Shown here piece after piece: positions 49,444-62,335 of a stretch of 64,000 nt of DNA. The number at the start of each line of letters is the position of its first letter. Position 1 is the first letter of the stretch. Source of the stretch: Felis catus (lineage: Eukaryota). The notes beneath the pieces were generated by a model. The model was given only the letters and a program-made list of their open reading frames with translations, searched no databases and had not been told where the DNA came from. Location of the stretch: contig NC_058368.1 of the NCBI RefSeq assembly GCF_018350175.1, forward strand, positions 558,001 through 622,000, in the 5' to 3' direction. The translations under genes and the position numbers were made by a program.

Positions 49444-52400
49444 TTGCAAGGACCACAAAGTACCAGAGACATCACTACAAGCATAAAACCTACAGTTAAC
49501 ACAATGACTCTAAAACCGTATCTTTCAATAATAACACTGAATGTAAATGGACTAAATGATCCAATCAAAAGACACAGGATATCAGAATGGACAAAAAAAC
49601 AAGAACCATCTATTTGCTGTCTACAAAAGACTCATTTTAGACATGAGAACACCTTCAGATTGAAAATGAAGGGATGGAAAACTATCTGTCATGCTATTGG
49701 AAGTAAAAGAAAGCTGGAGTAGCCATACTTATATCAGACAAACTAGACGTTAAATTAAAGGCAGTTAACAAGAGATGAAGAAGGCATTATATAGTAATTA
49801 CAGGGTCGATCCATCAAGAGCTAACAATTATAAATGTCTATGCACCGAATTCACAGGCACCCAAATATATAAAAGAACTAATCACAAACATAAGCAATCT
49901 TATTGGTAGGAATGTGGTAATTGCAGGGGACTTTAATACTCCACTTACAGAAATGGATAGATCATCTAGACAGTGAATCAGTAAAGAAATAAGAGCCCTG
50001 AATGATACACTGGACCGGATGGACTTGACAGATACATTTAGAACTTTTCATCCTGCAGCAGCAGAATATACTTTCTTCTCGAGTGCACATGGAACACTCT
50101 CCAACATAGATCACATACTGGGTCACAAAACAACCCTCAATAAATATAAAAGAATTGAGATCATACCAGGAACACTTTCAGATCACAATGTTATGAAACT
50201 TGAAATCAACTACAGGAAAAAGTTTGGAAAACCTCCAAATGCATGGAGGTTAAAGAACATCCTACTAAAGAACGAATGGGTCAACTAGGCAATTAAAGAA
50301 GAAATTAAAAAATATATGGAAATAAATGAAAATGAAAATACAACAATCCAAACGCTTTGGGATGCAGCAAAGGAATTCCTAAGAGGAAAATACATTGCAA
50401 TACAGGCCTATCTCAAGAAAAAAAAAAAATCCCAAATACAAACTCTAATAGCACACCTCAAGGAACTAGAAGCAGAGCAGCAAAGAAACTCCAAAGCCAG
50501 CAGAAGAAGAGAAATAATAAAGATCAGAGCAGAAATAAACAATATAGACTCTAAGAAACCAGTAGAACAGATCAATGAAACCAAGAATTGGTTTATTGAA
50601 AAAATAAACAAAATTGATAAACCTCTAGCCAGGCTTCTCAAAAAGAAAAGAGAGAGGACCCAAATAGATAAAATCATGAATCAAAGTGGATTTATGACAA
50701 CCAATCCCTCAGAAATACAAGTAATTACCATGAAATACTATGGAAAATCATATGCCAACAAACTGGACAACCTGGAAGAAATGGACAAATTCCTAAACAC
50801 CCACACACTACCAAAACTCAAATGGGAAGAAATAGAAAACTTGAACAGACCCATTACTAGTGAAGGATTAAATCAGTTATCAAAAAATCTCCCAATAAAT
50901 AAGAGTCCTGGACCAGATGGCTTCCCTGCAAAATTCCACTAGACATTTAAAGCAGAGTTAGTACCTATCCTTCTCAAGCTGTTCCAAAAAACAGAAATGG
51001 AAGGAAAACTTCCGGACTCATGCTACGAAGCCAGCATTACTTTGATTCCCAAACCACACAGAGACCCAACAAAATAGGAGAACTACAGCCGAATATCCCT
51101 GATGAACGTGGATGCAAAAATTCTCAACAAGATACTAGCAAATCGAATTCAACAGCATATAAAAAGAATTATTCACCATGATCAAGTGGGATTCGTTCCT
51201 GGGCTGCAAGGCTGGTTCAATATTCACAAATCAATCAATGTGATACATCACAGTAATAAAAGAGAAGATAACAACCATATGATCCTGTCAATAGATAGAG
51301 AAAATGCATTAGACAAAATACAGCATCCTTTCTTAATAAAAACCCTCAAAAGTCGGAATAGAAGAAACATACCTCAGCATCATAAAAGCCATTTATGAAA
51401 AGCCCACAGCTAATATCATCCTCAATGGGGAAAAACTGAGAGATTTCCCCCTGAGATCAGGAACACAACATGGATATCCACTCTCACCACTGTTGTTTAA
51501 CATAGTGTTAGAAGTACTAGCATCAGCAATCAGACAACAAAATAAAATAAAAGGCATCCAAATTGGCAAAGAAGTCAAACTTTCACTTTTCACAGACAAC
51601 ATGATACTCTACATGGAAAACGCAACAGACTGCACCAAAAGTCTGCTAGAACTGATACATGAATTCAACAAAGTCACAGGTTACAAAATCAATGTACAGA
51701 AATTGGTTGCATTTTTATACACCAATAATGAAGCAACAGAAAGACAAATAAAGAAACTGGTCCCATTTACAACTACACCAAGAACCATAAAATACCTAGC
51801 AATAAACCTAACCAAAGATGCAAAAGATCTGTATACTAAAAACTATAGAAACTTTATGAAGGAAATTGAAGAAGACACAAAAAATGGAAAAACATTCCAT
51901 GCTCAGAATATTGTTAAAAGGTCAATACTACCCAAAGCAATCTACACATTCAATGCAATCCCAATCAAAATTGCATAAGCATTCTTCTCAAAGCTAGAAT
52001 AAGCAATCCTAAAATTTGTATGGAACCACAAAAGACCTCAAATAGCCAAAGTAATATTGAAAAAGAAAACCAAAGTGGGAGACATCACAATCCCAGACTT
52101 GCCTCTACAAAGCTGCAATCATCAAGACACAACAGACACATAGACAATGGAATAGAATAGAGAACTCAGAATTGGACCCACAAATGTATGGCCAACTAAT
52201 CTTTGACAAAGCAGGAAAGAGCATCCAATGGAAAAAAGAAAATCTCTTTAGCAAATTGTGCTGGGAGAACCAGATAGCAACATGCAGAAGAATGAAACTA
52301 GACCACTTTCTTATACCATACACAAAAATAAACTCAGAATGGATGAAAGACCTGAATATGAGACAGGAAACCATCAAAACCCTAGAGGAGAAAGCAGGAA

Positions 52401-53522
52401 AAAAACCTGTCTGACCTCAGCCGCAGCAATTTCTTACTCAACACATCTCCAAAGGCAAGGGAATTAAAAGCAAAAATGAACTATTGGGACCTCATCAAGA
52501 TAAAGAGCTTTTGCACTGCAAAGGAAACAATCACAAAACTAAAAGGCAACCAAAGGAATGGGAAAAGTTTTTGCAAATGACATATCGGACAAAGGGCTAG
52601 AATCCAAAATCTGTAAAGAACTCACCAAACTCCACACACGAAAAACAATAATCCAGTGAAGAAATGGGCAGAAGACATGAATAGATACTTTTCCAAAGAC
52701 ATCCAGATGGCCAACAGACACATTAAAAGATGCTCAAGGTCACTCATCACCAGGGAAATACAAATCAGAGCCACACTGAGATACCACCTCACACCAACAG
52801 AGTGGCTAAAATGAACAACTCAGGAGACTATAGATTCTGGCAAGCATGTGGAGAAACAGGAACCCTCTTGCACTGTTGGTGGGAATGCAAACTGGTGCAG
52901 CCACTCTGGAAAACAGTGTGGAAGTTCCTCCAAATATTAAAAATAGAACTACCCTACGACCCAGCAATAGCACTGCTAGGAATCTACCCAATGGATACAG
53001 GAGTGCTGATGCATAGGGGCACACGCACCCCAATGTTTATAGAAACGCTTTCAACAATAGCAAAATTATGAAAAGACCCTAAATGTCCATCAACTGACAA
53101 ATGGATAAAGAAGATGTGGTTTACATATACAATGAAATACTACTTGGCAATGAGAAAGAATGAACTCTGGCCATTTGCAGCAACGTGGATGGAACTGGAA
53201 GGTATTATGCTAAGTGAAATACGTCAGTCAGAGAAAGACAGATACCATATGTTTTCACTCATGTAGAACTTGAGAAATTTAACAGAAGACCCTAGGGGAA
53301 GGGAAGGGGAAAAAATAGTTACAGAGAGGGAAGCAGGCAAACCACAAGAGACTCTTAAATACAGAGAACAAACTGAGGGTGGATGGGGGGTGGGGGAAAG
53401 GGGAAAGTGGGTGATGGGCATTGAGGAGGGCACTTGGGATGAGCACTGGGTGTTGTATGTAAGCCAATTTGACAATAAATTATATTAAATAAATTTTAAA
53501 AAAGAAAAGAAAAGAAAAGAAA
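49444..53522 (+). mobile_element. Feline-type L1, 5'-truncated just upstream of ORF2; decayed EN/RT; 3'UTR and A-rich tail
   Basis: ORF2 start MTLKPYLSIITLNVNGLN at 49504; RT fragments; in-frame stops; AATAAA at 53474 and (GAAAA)n tail. Confidence 0.95.
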
Positions 53523-53973
53523 GCATAGTTCCACTGGATGCCTTGACTTCAGACTTCTGGCCTCCAGAACCATGAAAAAATAAATTCCCGTTGTTTTAAG
53601 CCACCTCATTTGTGTGTACAGTTGATCCTTAAACAACATGGTTTGAACTGCATAGATCCACTCATAAACAATTTTTATAGTACAGTACTATAAATGTATT
53701 TTCTCTTCCTTATGACTTTCTTAACATTTTTTTTTCTGTACCTTACTTTAATCATGAGAATATGTATATAACACATATAACAAACTATGTGTTAATCAAC
53801 TGTTATTGGTTAAGGCTTCCAATCAATCATCAGTAGAATATTCGTAGTTAAGTTTTTAGGGAGTCAAAAGTTTTATGTGGATTTTCGACTGTGCAGGGGT
53901 TTGGAGCCTCTAACTCCTGCATTGTTCAAGGATGAACTGTACTTTATTACATTAGCCCTAGAAAATTAATGCA
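53523..53973 (+). mobile_element. MLT1 LTR 3' part, interrupted by a Tigger2-type element
   Basis: ccttgacttcagacttctggcctccagaac...aataaa...ttgttttaagccac, resuming after 53941 as ctttattacattagccctagaaaattaatgca. Confidence 0.85.
53619..53939 (+). mobile_element. Tigger2a-like non-autonomous DNA transposon
   Basis: TIRs cagttgatccttaaacaacatg / cattgttcaaggatgaactg flanked by TA. Confidence 0.8.
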
Positions 53974-54112
53974 TTGGCCAAGGTAGCACCTGAAATCACA
54001 GCTCCAAAATGCTTGTCAAATTTCAATTTATGAACTCATCACTAAGAGAATTCCCCTTTTAACACATTTCTGATGACAGTGGGTCATTTTAATTAAAAAA
54101 TTCTTATGTGGT

Positions 54113-54350
54113 GGGGCGCCTTGGGTGGCTCAGCCGGTTAAGTGTCCAATTTCAGCTCAGGTCATGATCTCACAGTTCTTGGGTTCTAGCCCCACACTGG
54201 GCTCTATGCTGACAACTCAGAGCTTGGAGCCTGCTTTGGATTCTGTGTCTCCCTCTCTCTCTGCCCCTGACCCACTTGTGCTCTGTCTCTCTTTGCCTTT
54301 CCAAAATAAATAAATGTTAAAAAAAAAAAAAAAATCTTTTTTTTTTTTTT
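54113..54350 (+). mobile_element. Can-SINE
   Basis: TSD aattcttatgtggt; A-run then T-run tail. Confidence 0.92.
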
Positions 54351-54465
54351 TTTTAATTCTTATGTGGTAAAGGTTTCACTTCCTTTTCCTTTTTATTGTT
54401 GGATCGACAAAACTTGTTTCAAATATTCTAGATAAAAATCTTAAAGATAAAAGTGAATCATTGTA

Positions 54466-54695
54466 GGGGCGCCTGGGTGGCACAGTCGGTTAAAGCGTCC
54501 GACTTCAACCAGGTCACGATCTCGCAGTCCGTGAGTTCGAGCCCCGCGTCAGGCTCTGAGCTGATGGCTCAGAGCCTGGAGCCTGTTTCCGATTCTGTGT
54601 CTCCCTCTCTCTCTGCCCCTCCCCCGTTCATGCTCTGTCTCTCTCTGTCCCAAAAATAAATAAACGTTGAAAAAAAAAAATTAAAAAAAAAAAAA
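54466..54695 (+). mobile_element. Young feline Can-SINE
   Basis: TSD aaagtgaatcattgta. Confidence 0.95.
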
Positions 54696-54738
54696 AAAGT
54701 GAATCATTGTATCTTTTCCCAACTTATATGCAAACTTA

Positions 54739-54900
<162 letters not shown>

Positions 54901-55643
54901 TCACAAAAGGTCTTCAGCAGCAGAAACCAGCTAGCTATTAATACTAAGAGCCAAATATATGGTAAATATCTGTACTATTAAAATGCACAAGAAACAACGC
55001 CTCTGAAAAAAAAAAAAACTATATGAACCTGACTTTCCAGATAAAACCAATCTATATTTAAAAAAGATATTATTCAACTGAAGAGTAACAATCTACCAAT
55101 GAATTAACATTACATATAAAAAGAAATCATTCAAATAATTTTTAAAAACCTAATACATATGTTTTTTGTCTTTTTGATAACAGCCAATATTGTAATAACT
55201 GTATGGTGACAGATAGAAACTAGACATATCATGGGATCATTTCATAATGTATAAAAATACTGAATCACTATGATGTATACCTGAAACTAATACTGATGTT
55301 GTACATCAATTGTACTTCAATTTAAATATGTATATATGAACATGAGTAAGTAATTCACAAGACATCTAAAGCAAATAATTAACATCAAAATCAAAGTTTA
55401 CTCCCACTAATCACAGAAATACAAATTAAGATGTTTTTCACATACCAATTTGCTATTTCAAAGAGTAAAAAAGCCAACACTTCTGTTCTTCCACTACCCT
55501 TTTGAAAAATTGATTTCCGCACAAAAATATGCATTGCAACATTATTTCTAATAGTGAAAAATAATTTAAGTATCCAACATTAAGGAAATTACTGAATAAA
55601 ATGATGCTGTACTCACATAGTGTTCTGCAACCATTTTAAACAA

Positions 55644-57732
55644 TTTTTTAATGTTTATTCATTTTTGAGAGAGAGAGACAGCACAAGCAGGGGCAGAGAG
55701 AGAGGGAGACACAGACTGTGAAGCAGGCTCCAGGCTTTGAGCTATAAGCACAGAGTCGACTCAGGGCTTGAACCCACAAACCATGAGATCATGACCTGAG
55801 CTGAAGTCAGATGCTTAACCAACTGAGCCACCCAGGCACCCTATGTTCTGCAACCATTTTTAAAATACACAAAAGTGTTTTAAAGAAATGGCCAGTGCAT
55901 ATTATACACCTGGTCAAAGAAGATGAGGTAATTTGTTTTTTGGTTTTTGTTTTTTTTTTAAGTTTATTTATTTTGAGAGAAAGAGACTGGAGCACGGGGG
56001 CAGAGAAAGAGAGAGAGAGAATCCCAAGCAGACTCCACACTGTCAGCACAAAGCGCAACGTGGGGCTCAAACTCACAAACTGTGAGATATGACCTGAACC
56101 AAAACCAAGAGTCAGACGCTTAACTGACTGTGCCACCCAGGCACCCCAAGAAAGAAAAGCTAAGTTTTTTTACTTTTTTTTTTAAGTTTATTTGAGAGAA
56201 AGAGCAGGGCAGCAGGGGCAGAAAGAGAGGAGAGAATCCCACAAATCCTGAGAAAAGACCTGAGCTGAAACCAAGAGTCAGATGCTTAACTGACTGAGCT
56301 ACCCAGGTGCCCCAAAAAAGATAAAGTCAGTTTATTTTTTTAAGTTTATTTATTTGAGAGACAAAGACAGCACGAGTGGGGAGGAGCAGAATGAGAGGCA
56401 GAGTGAGAATCCCAAGCAGGCTCCATGCCGCCTGCACAGGGCCCAACACAAGGTTCAAACTCACAAAACCGCGAGATCACGACCTGAGCCAAAACAAAGA
56501 GTCCGACGCTTAACCGACTGAGCCACGAGGGCACCCCAACATAAAAGTTTTAACAAATGTCTGTACCATATTAAAAATACACAGGAAAAATGACTGGAAG
56601 GAAAAATTCCAAAATGGTATCACAGCTACCTTTGGATAGTTCAGTTATAAACATTTTTCATTCTATACTTAAGCTTCCAAACTTTCTGCAAAAAGTACTA
56701 CTTTTAAAATCAAAGTATTTTTTTAAATAGTTTAAGTTAGGGGCATCTGGGTGGCTCGGTCAGTTAAGTGTCCAACTCTTTCTCTTTTTTTTTTCAGGTT
56801 TGTTAATTTTGAGAGAGAAAAAAAAAGAGCACACGTGTGGGCAGGGGAAGGGCAAAGAGAAGGTGAGACAGAGAATCCCAAGCAAGCTCTGCCCTGTTAG
56901 GCCAGAGCCCAATGTGGCGCTCAATTCCACAAACCATGAGAACATGACCTCAGCAGAGATCAAGAGTCCAACACTTAAATCAACTGAGCCACCTGGGTGC
57001 CCCAAACGTCCAACTCTTGATCTTGGCTCGGGTCTTGATCTCACGGTCATGGGTTCAAGCCCTCTGTTGGGCTTCACACTGGGCAAGAAGTTACTTACAT
57101 AGCTTAAGTTATAATTTACATTTTTTTCAATGTTTACTTATTTTTGAGAAATAGAAAGATGGAGTGCAAGAAGGAGAGGTGCAGAGAGAGAGGGAGACAC
57201 AGAATGTGAAGCAGGCTCCAGGCTCCCAGCTGTCAGCACAGAGGCAATGCGGGGCTTGAACTCATAGATGGTGAGATCATGATCTGAACCAAAGTCGGAT
57301 ACTCAACCGACTGAGCCACTCAGGCACCCCTACAATTTAAAGCACCTGTGCTTGGTAGGCATTCAGTTTACTACATGATATGATGGAAAGGAGTTTTCCA
57401 TGTAAGTTTTAGAAGTCCATCGCATCAACTATACAGCCATTAAATGGAACGTGGCAGATGTGTAAGCGGGAAAAAACAATCTCCAAAATTTATTATAAGG
57501 TGAAGAATGGCCTATAAAAAACGTGTTTTCAAAGTGCGTGGATTGCTGAGTCAGTTAAGTGTCCAACTTTGGCTCATGTCGTGATCTCACAGCTCCAGGG
57601 TTCCAGCCCCACATCAGGCTCTGTGCTGACAGCTCAAAGCCTGGAGCCTGCTTTGGATTCTGTCTCCAGTCTCTCTGTCCCTCCCCTGCTCACACCCTCT
57701 CTCTCTCAAAAACTGAATAAATATTAAAAAAA
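55644..57732. mobile_element. Dense cluster of about 8 Can-SINEs (mostly minus strand; one nested pair)
   Basis: copies at ~55644, 55935, 56170, 56330, 56785 and 57120 (-), 56740/57004 and 57533 (+). Confidence 0.9.
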
Positions 57733-58354
57733 ATTTTTTAAGTGTTTTCATTTGTGTAGAAAGAAGATTACATACCCACTCCACATATGCTTTCATATGC
57801 ACAGAATCTTTTTAGAATATACAAATGAAATGGGAATATAAGTTCCTCTAGGAAAAGGAATAGGAACCCAAATATAGGGAAGAAAGGAAACTTCAATTTT
57901 ACTGTATTTCTTCTTGGTCCTATCTAGCAAGTTAGCGCATGAGTAGTAAAAAAAAATAAAAATAAAAAAATAAGTAAATACATAGTCATTTTAAAAAGTG
58001 CACACACAAAGGTTCACCTCATAGTGACACAAACCACAAATTGGATACTCTAGTTACAAAAGAAACTTATGTTACCTCAATTCATAATGAAGCAATTAAT
58101 GTTACAGCCTTGAGAATAAGACATAGGCTTAAATTAGAAAATCTGAAATCAGAATGCATCCATATCTTTTGTACTAGCGGCCATTACATTATTTAGACCC
58201 ACAAAACAAATCGAATTTTAACAATCACCTACTTAGACTTCTACTGAGCAACTAGAACGATTAGGATTTTAAGTGTTCTGATAAGATACCCCTACTGATA
58301 AGATAAATGTTAAATTTATAACATTCTGATACCTATTTTATAATGCTGACTTAC

Positions 58355-59984
58355 CAGGTGGTTGGTCTTGACTTGGGTTTAACTTGGGTTCACTTCCCAA
58401 GTGTGAATCTGATTTGGGTTTCAGTTTCAAAGCAGGAAAGAATTTCATCATGAGATCTGACGTAGGAGGAGGGCTTGTGCTCCTACTGGATTTCCTCAAG
58501 TCTTCTCCCTTCTTGACTGGTGCGACCTTCCTTTTTATTGCTTTGTCTGGTACACATATTTCACTCTTATTAGGGTAGGCTGTCTGAGGAGTCCCATTAG
58601 TGACCTCTGTCCCAAGAACAGCATCATGTTTAAATGAATTCTCTTCAAGGTCAGTCCAAGTTCTTTCATCGTCAAAGTCAATTTTACTCATACTTACAGA
58701 TGAGGGTCTTCTTGAGGACTCAGAAACTTTGTTTTTCAAGCTTTCTATTATGATAGACTCATCACTACTGTAATCTTTATCAGACAAATCTAAATCAACA
58801 TCTCTCCTTTGATCTTCTTGCATCCCAGTATCCCTAAAAGGCCCCTTACCATCACAGACCTGTGGACTGTCTTCTCTGCTGCTGAAACCCCTCTCTTTAT
58901 CGTCAGTTGATGGTTTTATGGTAACATCAAGTTGTTCCTCAGAGTCGGTGCTACTGTCACTGTCCATGGCACCTTCGTCATCACCTACATTCCACCGAGT
59001 CTGATTTTCAGAAGTGCTAGTTTGGAATGCTTTCCTACTGACTTTACAAGACTGTTCCCTATGTGCTTCAGGTGAGGACACTGAATCAGTCTGTTTGGGT
59101 GCGACCTCACACTCACACACATTATCAGGTTCAGGACAGTCTGGAGCCTCATTGTGGTTACACTGAAGAATGGGATCCAGTGTCACCATCTTCTCCTGCT
59201 GTACGGCTTTGACAGGGGTGGAAGACAGCCGGTGCCCTTTGCAGATCTGCTGGTCCCTCTCTAAGATTTTCAGTACAAATGAAGAATTACTGGAAAATGA
59301 TATTTCATCAGCAGCTTGCTCCAAAAACAAAAATTCATCTAACTCCAAATTTTCCTTTTCCTTTTCTCGTTCCCACTTTTCTAACTTTTTCTGAAGAGAA
59401 ATGTCAAGAGAAGATTCTGACTTTTTCAAGGTCTCATTTATTGGGCTCTTAGAAGCCATGCAGCTGACCAGCCCTGCTGAAAGAGGAAGTCTGTCTCTAC
59501 CTGGTGTCTTATTCCAGACTTTGCAACCAACATCACAAGGTTTTGCACACTCGGGCATTTCTCTACTATTAGATTCAACTTTTTTTTCTAATTTGATCTG
59601 GTCTCTAAATTGCCCATCACATTTCTTCCCTGCCAGTATTTTCAATCCTGATGGAGAAAGACTTTTCCTGTTGTTACCCTTAAGCACTTTTGGCTTCTGA
59701 CTAAGTGTGACAAAACCACTGCTGGCCCTAGCTTTATTGTTCTTTTTAACAGGAGGGTTCTCTGTACACAGTTCTTTGTTTATTAGAGCAGTTTTCCGCT
59801 GGAATTGCTGTCTATCCATTTTAAACACAGGTTGGTCCTCTGAAATGCTCTGATTAGGCACTAGTTTACTTTCTCTCCCTTTCTGAGACTTAGATTTAGC
59901 ATTAGTAAATCTAGCTAAACCTTCTCCTCGTTTCAAGAATGGTTGTTTTGGCTTTGCTTTGATTGGCAATGATCCTTCTGCTTC
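58355..59984 (-). CDS. CENPJ: CENPJ exon 7, large exon ([26 protein letters not shown]...PSQDQPP)
   Basis: 1630 nt open frame (543 aa ORF in track); [14 protein letters not shown] tubulin-binding motif; ttttAG/GTAAGT; phase 0-1. Confidence 0.97.
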
Positions 59985-60109
59985 CTAAAATAAAGAATAT
60001 TTGAATTAATTCTGGTATATCCAAGTTATCTCAATGTTCTTTTTAAAGCAAATTATAAATAAATCTCTAAAGCCTCATCTAACTTAATCAAGATAGTGGC
60101 GATGCCTAC

Positions 60110-60212
60110 CCTTAGTTGTTTTCGTTTCAGTTCTTGTTCTTCCAGTCGAATTTGTTCTTCCAAGTAGTCTTCAAATGTCTGTTTCCTCTCTCTGATAGCA
60201 ACTTTAATAGGC
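60110..60212 (-). CDS. CENPJ: CENPJ exon 6 ([34 protein letters not shown])
   Basis: 103 nt, phase 2-0; PN2-3 region; AG/GTAGGC. Confidence 0.95.
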
Positions 60213-60495
60213 CTAATCATAAAAATAAAGTTATTTAGCATGCAAGTCAAGATGTGGTGAATATCTGCCTCAGTGTGCCTGACAGAGATACCTCTGATTA
60301 CACTGAGAACTAACCATTTTCAAAGTCACAGACCCCGTATGAGAATCCAAAGAAAGCTATAATCCTACCCCATCTCCCAAAATACAGAAAAATACAACAC
60401 TCTACATGATTGGGGAAAAAAAAAAAAAAAAAAAAAAAAACCTTCTGAAGTTCATTTTTTGCCTATAGATTATATAACTTTAAAATATACTTTGA

Positions 60496-60968
60496 GGAGC
60501 GCCTGGGTGGCTCAGTCATTGAGCATCCAACTTCAGCTCAGGTCATGATCCCATGGTTCGTGAGTTTGAGCCCTGCGTCGGGTTCTATGTTGACAGCTCA
60601 GAGCCTGGAGCCTGCTTTGGATTCTGTATCTCTCTCTGCCCTCCCCCACTCACAGTCTGTCTCTCAAAAATGCATTAAAAATTTCATTAAAAAAATAAAT
60701 AACTAAGAATAAAATATATTTTGAAAATACTTCATCAAATAAGCACTTTAAGAAAGATCCTTGACAGGGGCGCCTGGGTGCCTCAGTTGGTTAAGTGCCA
60801 ACTTCAGCTCAGGTAATGATCTCACAGCTTGTGAGTTCAAGCCCTGCGTCAGGCTCTGTGCTGACAGCTCAGAGCCTGAAGCCTGCTTCGGATTCCGTCT
60901 CCCTCTCTCTGCCCTTCCCCTGTTCACACTCTGTCTCTTAAAAATAAACGTTAAAAAAAAATTTAAAA
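60496..60968 (+). mobile_element. Two Can-SINEs (60496-60700, 60767-60968)
   Basis: SINE bodies; TSD aagatccttgaca around the second. Confidence 0.9.
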
Positions 60969-61429
60969 ACAAGATCCTTGACAATGTAATAGAGCAATAA
61001 TCAGAAGTAATTTGCCCATCCATAACATCTATTAAAATATGTCAAGTATTTAAGAAAATAAGAAACAATCTCAATATTGATAGTTTATATTTGTCATAAG
61101 ATTTTTAAATTCTGTAACTAAGCTTACCCAATTATAATTTATAAGTGACACCAAATGTGAGACTCAATATTAATTTGTTTTTGTCTTTGCCAAAATAGGA
61201 TTTACCTAACTATTTGAGAGAAGATTAATTTTATCCAGATTTCTTCTCTTTGGTGAAAAAAGTTTGCTCAATTCTTCCAAAACAATGCAAAGCTATCTGA
61301 ACTGACAGGTCTCCCCGACCACTGTCTGTTGCTGACAATATGTGGTAAGTTGTAACTTCAACATTATACTTAAAAGCATATTCAAGCAAAAACAAGAAAA
61401 CCATGGGTCTTTTTTAAAAGAAAGTGCTC

Positions 61430-61665
61430 GGGGCGCCTGGGTGGCGCAGTCAGTTAAGCGTCCGACTTCAGCCAAGTCACGATCTCGCGGTCCATGAGTT
61501 CGAGCCCCGCGTCAGGCTCTGGGCTGATGGCTCAGAGCCTGGAGCCTGTTTCCGATTCTGTGTCTCCCTCTCTCTCTGCCCCTCCCCCGTTCATGCTCTG
61601 TCTCTCTCTGTCCCAAAAATAAATAAACGTTGAAAAAAAAAATTTTTTTAAAAATAAAAAAAATA
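61430..61665 (+). mobile_element. Young feline Can-SINE
   Basis: TSD aaaagaaagtgct. Confidence 0.95.
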
Positions 61666-61744
61666 AAAAGAAAGTGCTGTACCATAATAGCTGGCTATTA
61701 CATTAAACTGTCACACTTCTTATTCCTTTCAATATGGATGATAC

Positions 61745-61856
61745 CTTTCTTCAATATTAGCCACTTCTGAAGAATCACCAATTGTTTTTACATTCACATC
61801 TTTCCCTTCCTGAATAGGTTCGGCCACTTTCTCCCAACATGGTGAAACACCTTCTC
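61745..61856 (-). CDS. CENPJ: CENPJ exon 5 ([38 protein letters not shown])
   Basis: 112 nt, phase 1-2, cctAG/GTATCA. Confidence 0.92.
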
Positions 61857-62129
61857 CTAGGATAAAAATTAGGAACAATTTAGTTCCAAAAAATAAAGAA
61901 TAACATCTTAAAACCTGAGAATTTTACAAGTTACTATGCTAAAGTAATATTTATCAAAAGTAATATATGCCAAAGATTTTAGAACCCTCAAGGATTTCTT
62001 TATTATGACTTCTTTATATGACTTTTTAATATGATTTCTTTAATAGGAGATAAACTACAAAACCCTATTTAAAACATGACACTGTTCACAAGGTAAATGT
62101 TATGGGCTTTTCTAAATTAAAAAAGACTA

Positions 62130-62335
62130 GGATCACCTGAGTGGCTCAGTCGGTTAAGCATCAGGCTCTTGATTTCGGCTCAGGTCATGAATTCATGGTT
62201 TGTGGGGATCAAGCCCCACTTCCAGCTCCACACTGACAGCATGGAGCCCGTTTGGGGTTCTCTCTCTCCCTTTCCTGCGCTGGCGCTCACTCTCTCTCTC
62301 AAAATAAATAAATAAATTTTTAAAAAATTGATTCA
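62130..62335 (+). mobile_element. Can-SINE (older)
   Basis: TSD ttaaaaaagacta. Confidence 0.88.

Noticed and set aside
49444..53522. An active L1
   Set aside because: No 5'UTR or ORF1, and multiple stops and frameshifts in ORF2.
54320..54355. A-run/T-run hairpin as a terminator or RNA gene
   Set aside because: Common tail variant of feline SINEs, enclosed by the SINE's TSD.
58384..59700. Plus-strand ORFs overlapping CENPJ exon 7
   Set aside because: Antisense shadows of the real coding frame.
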